Made by a program: the position numbers and the translations under genes. A stretch of DNA of 63,814 nt, filler included, from Olpidium bornovanus S191 (Eukaryota; Fungi; Olpidiomycota), in NCBI GenBank assembly GCA_017911155.1. It is 30 parts of 30 records of this genome, joined end to end, with 100 filler letters (N's around TTAATTAATTAA, not from the genome) between each part and the next. Parts side by side here need not be neighbours in the genome. Positions count along the whole stretch, not along the records: positions 58,335 to 60,468 come from JAEFCI010003537.1; positions 60,569 to 62,061 come from JAEFCI010008324.1; positions 62,162 to 63,814 come from JAEFCI010013266.1; 27 more parts are not named here. One strand, 5' to 3'. The notes under the pieces are model-generated. The model was not told the DNA's origin and made no database searches. It saw nothing but the letters and a program-made list of their open reading frames with translations. Shown here one piece after another: positions 59,401 to 63,814 of this stretch. Each line of letters opens with the position of its first letter. Position 1 is the stretch's first letter.

Positions 59401-61141
59401 TTGTCCACAGTACACGATTTCTCGGTTTGCTGAGAAGTTAACTCCATTTCAATCACTGGAAACAAAAGCTTGGATTATTTTTTTTTCTTTCAAATCCCAG
59501 TGACCAGAAAAAAAAAGATCGGCTTTCTGGTTTGACCGAGCAACAAGTGGGTTTGAAGACGGCAATTATTGTATGCAACATTGATTTGATGCACCGCAAA
59601 TCAAAACTCGAAAATTGTTTTTTTAAGAACCGCAGATATATTGGAAACAAAATTTTCCTGATGTACAAGAAACATACAGTTAAATAGAGTTCATGGCTGT
59701 GCTTCCTTTGCAAGAAGCACAATTAAACAGCAAAACCTCACCAGCACTGTTTCCAACGCGTGTTGTCCGCCACGGGGCAGAGCACACCGTCATCGTTGAT
59801 CGCTTGATGATGTCGTGGCTGAACCGCTTAAATCTCCTTCTCCGCGTCAAATCTCGCTCCATATCACCTCAGATACCACCACGGATACCGTGCATGTCGG
59901 GCAGGCGCGTTTTCCGCCCTTTATCCGGCGCAGTATCTGCGAGAGTAAACGGCCCCGCCGGCAAAGGAGAACGCGACGGAGAGGGTTCATTGGCGCTCGC
60001 AAGCTCCGAGGGCCAAATTGCTGCACCGGGGACCATCGGGACGGGGGTTGTCGTCAAGCACACAGTAGGAACAGCAAGGTTTTATGGGACTCGCAGGGGC
60101 GCGGCGTCGATATGGGAGGCCGTTCTTGGGTGAGTGCGGGGAGATGATCGGAAATGCTCCCGGAGACGGAGGAGGCCGATGGCGGGGCCAATTCGCCGCC
60201 AGTGAGTATTGTTCTAAAACAAGGTGCCTGCGAGTTAGATGAATTTCGTATCACTAATCACTATGCATGTCAAAAAAATCCTGCATTGTATTGCGCGCTG
60301 GCCAAACAAAATATTCGACAGGAACCCAGGTTACGCACAATTTGTTCCCCTCGAGGCGTTACATTTTTAAGGACGGGGGTATTTAAATTAGACTCATAGC
60401 GCATGCACAATATCGACGACGCCTCAGAGATCTGAGCCGGCGATCAGCATCAAACCCGCCCATTTCCCNNNNNNNNNNNNNNNNNNNNNNNNNNNNNNNN
60501 NNNNNNNNNNNNTTAATTAATTAANNNNNNNNNNNNNNNNNNNNNNNNNNNNNNNNNNNNNNNNNNNNCATGCATACCCGCTTTCGTTCGTACCCCTAAC
60601 GCACACTATCGCCTGTCTACGAACCCCCGTTTCTGCGATCGCTGTGAATATTCCCCCCACATCGGCCGGCCCGATTTCCGTTTCAATTTCATCCTCGTTT
60701 CCAATCATCATCTCCTTTCCGCGCAGCCCACCCCTCCGGCCCGTTCCTCATATCTTTCCCCGCTTTCCGAGGAGGGGGGGAGGTAATGCAGCAATATCTG
60801 TACTCAGTTAGCCACATCTTTCCGAATATATCCGGTGTCAAAGGGACTGCAGGGGTTTTCCATCAGGCGCCGTTGACGCCGTGCGTTCAGGTTTGGCAGG
60901 GGTTTCAGGTTAAACGGTGCCGTTCTGCGGCAGTGAGTTTAGCCCCATCTTCAGCCATTTCCCTGTTGTCCTGCCATCCTGCCGTCGTCTGCCGCCCTTT
61001 TGGGCCCTTTTGGGCGAGTGGGGTAATCGGGACGGGGAAGCGTCGTAACGCAGTTTGTGTGCGATCTTTCGCGACAATTCTTGGGCCCAAAATTCGCGAA
61101 AGTTTCTGCAAAACCGGTTCGGGCCAGACAAAAACGAAAAT

Positions 61142-61148
61142 AAAAAAA
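61142..61148 (-). terminator. Pol III terminator (T7) of tRNA-Lys
   Basis: Run of 7 T immediately 3' of the discriminator base on the minus strand. Confidence 0.85.
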
Positions 61149-61231
61149 CGCCCGACGCGGGGGTCGAACCCGCAACCTTGGGATCTCTTCTGCTTAAAAG
61201 TCCCACGCTCTGGCCATTGAGCTAGCCGGGC
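61149..61231 (-). tRNA. tRNA-Lys(TTT): tRNA-Lys(UUU) with a 10-nt canonical intron
   Basis: GCCCGGC acceptor strand pairs with GTCGGGC; D arm GCTC/GAGC; anticodon stem TGGGA/TCCCA with loop CT-TTT-A[AGCAGAAGAG]A; T loop TTCGACC; 73+10 nt. Confidence 0.95.
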
Positions 61232-62194
61232 AAAGCCAATTGGTGGATGGAGGCGCAGCGTGCCACACCATAAACAACCAGGGTGTTTACCCCACCATCC
61301 AGGGCGCACGCGCAGCCAAGCCCCGCAACCGTTGGACCGGCCTCCCCCCCTAACCCTATAAACTCTTTCCCCGCGACCCAAATCCCGCCACCCCCGTCCT
61401 GTGAGCAGCACGTCCAACCACCAGCGTCTGTCACGGCTGTCGCTCTGCAAGCCAACCGGGCGATGCACCGAGGCAGAAGCATGACCGTCACTGAGCACGC
61501 AGAGCACGGCCGGAATCCAACCAGAGATTGGCGTAGGAAGACAGACGCCGCAAAGGACGCGCCGCACAGCCCGGGCCACCAGAGGGCAGAAAAAGCAGGC
61601 TTTCGGCGGGACCGATGGAGGAGGGTCGCTTGACCGGCAACCAGCCGGATGGAATTTAACGCTCGCTTCCTTCGCGGATGCTGTGTACCGACGGGTGTTG
61701 TTACTTTTATGTTGCAAACGGTCAGCACGTCAGCTCCTCACCAGGTGAACTGAACTTGCCATGGCCCCGGCAGGTCGCATCTATGAATTGATATGACCGC
61801 TGCGATCCAGTACCTGCGGGTCCCCCCGTCACCACGCAAGGCGGGTCGGCTGCGACGGATACAACGCAAGGCTGACGCTTCCTGTCGCCCTTGGCTTTCT
61901 TCGCGGAAGTCGTCGCAGTCCAATACGGACGCTTTGTGCAGGGGCTCGCGAAGGCGGGGGTGTCGGGACGGACGGCGGTTAAAATTCCTGCAGTTTGCGG
62001 TGCATTTTCCCCGTGGTCCGGCGCGAATGAAAAGGTTTCCGTACGCGAAGCACAACTTGACNNNNNNNNNNNNNNNNNNNNNNNNNNNNNNNNNNNNNNN
62101 NNNNNTTAATTAATTAANNNNNNNNNNNNNNNNNNNNNNNNNNNNNNNNNNNNNNNNNNNNCATGAAGTGCTTGTTTGTTGGCGAGTGCCTCAC

Positions 62195-63009
62195 CTGTTC
62201 CCAAAGGCTCTGTCTCGACCGAGAAAGTGATGCGAACGTTGTATTGCTCTTCGAATTTTTTCAAGGTGGCAACCATAATTTCTGGACGGTAGTTCACTGC
62301 GAGCACGATGTCTGTTACGCCAGCCTACGCGGCGGCAGGAGGTAAGAAGTGCATAATATCGGAACAGAGATTTATCAGCAGTCAGTCAGCATGGTAGCCG
62401 CGTCAGCGAGCTGAGTTTCAAATACTAGAGGCTTGCCAGCGACGTTTCCAAGCCGAAAGCCGATCTAACAGAGGTATAGCTTGTGCCCTGCATTGTCTTT
62501 CAAAGCCTGTCCGCTTTGCGGCACTCGCGGAACAGTCCCCTGTGATTGCAACCAAGGGGGGACCTAACGTCCGCAAAAACGCATCTGTTTCACCTTGACT
62601 AGCCCCTCGATCTGATGGAGGATCATCGGCTTGTTGCCAAACTCAACCAGCGGCTTGGGCAGTGTGAGAGTCAATGGTCGCAAACGCGTCCCAAAACCTT
62701 TGTTTTAATCGACCGGCAAACCCCGCGCAGATCTGAGAGGTTAGGCGACGTGTGCTTCAACGCTTGGAAATAAGGTCTGGTCAAGCAAGAAACACGAACG
62801 CTCTTGGAGCGATCCGGGCCAAACAAGCATCGCGATCATCCGTTTTACACCACCCCTCCCCACACATCCCGTCCTCTGTTACGCGTCTTTCCGCGAGCGG
62901 CGCTGACGGGCAAAACCCCGTTTTGAGGGGCCTACGCGGTTGCAGCCTTGGACCACCAGATTCCGCGGATCGCCTTTGACTCACCGCCGACAAGGATAAG
63001 AGCTTTCAT
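62195..63009 (-). CDS. PSA1 (GMPPB): Mannose-1-phosphate guanylyltransferase (GDP-mannose pyrophosphorylase), first three exons
   Basis: MKALILVG|[35 protein letters not shown]|[15 protein letters not shown]...ETEPLGT, with GT-AG introns. Confidence 0.96.
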
Positions 63010-63814
63010 TGTTGCGGGGATTAACGGATGTCCGGATATGCTCGCCCCTCCTGCCCCCTCCCCCTCGCCACCGGCCTCTCCCGCGAGTGTGGAGCGCGTC
63101 CGAAATTCAACGAAGCGCGCCGGCAGAGGGTGCCGCTCTATTGGAGTGGGTTTCGAAGAACGACGGCGCGATCTGGGGGGAGGGGGAGGGGGTTTGCCCT
63201 CCGTTCGCGGACGAGAACGATATTGGCCGAGTTGCCGGTTTTTTTGGGGGGGGGGCAGAGGTGCGGAGAGTGCGGGGTGGATGAGGAGGGGGGGAGGGGT
63301 GTTCAAAGCTGAAGAGCACGTGACCTCCCTCCGAGTCATATACTTGGTTGAAGGGAAGCTTAATGGAGGAGCTGCCGGAACGAAAGACAGAGACGGCTCC
63401 TTTTCTCTTTGCTTACTTTTCTGCGCGTGGGATGGCGGAACCGAACTGCGCCGGATCCTCTCCCCAGTAGTAGCACTTTGATGATAACGTGATCTGAAAA
63501 GCGCATTGTACGGTTTACAACGCTCCTCGCTCAAAGGGGAGCATCCATGGTTTTTTCCTTCGCAGAGGATATTTCTTTTGTTGCTCATACTTTCGTGCAC
63601 TGGGAAGGAGAGTTCAGCTAATAGCGATGGTAAAAATTGAGCACATCAGGAAAAAACCTTCAAAGCCGGAGTTGGGAGCGCACGCAGCGCGGTGATCATG
63701 CACACAGCAACGATCAGAAAAGGAGTGGAGTGCGCACGCAGCACTGGTAAACACACCCGGTGCACAATGAAATGTGCACTAAAAAACAAAGCGATGCATT
63801 TGCAACGCATATGA

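Overview
This is eukaryotic, intron-rich, GC-rich fungal DNA, and it is not one continuous locus. It consists of 30 short contigs (about 1.0-3.9 kb) joined by 29 identical 100-nt linkers (44 N + TTAATTAATTAA + 44 N), so gene adjacency across linkers means nothing. Fungal hallmarks (a velvet regulator, fungal-type PKA, ALG9, PSA1) occur together with four flagellar or basal-body genes (IFT56, CC2D2A/MKS6, TTC25/ODAD4 and a Chibby homologue I assembled from four exons). This points to a zoosporic early-diverging fungus; an Olpidium/chytrid-grade assignment is inference. Other genes are RRP5, NAA30/MAK3, a CAD-family alcohol dehydrogenase, signal peptide peptidase, DID2/CHMP1, SPT6, mitochondrial TyrRS, a TBC-like protein, an intron-containing tRNA-Lys(UUU) and several hypothetical proteins. 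There are also five decayed Ty1/copia remnants, a pogo-type DDE fragment and degenerate repeat arrays. The most notable observations are: a likely 2-nt micro-exon needed to keep the ADH gene in frame; a 63-bp cox1-like AT-rich insert; a plant-Bianca-like copia element; 3' splice sites with A-runs instead of pyrimidine tracts; and strong enrichment of CATG at contig ends (probably technical). No prokaryote-type system (CRISPR, operon, defence island) is supported. All family assignments come from recalled motifs, not database searches.
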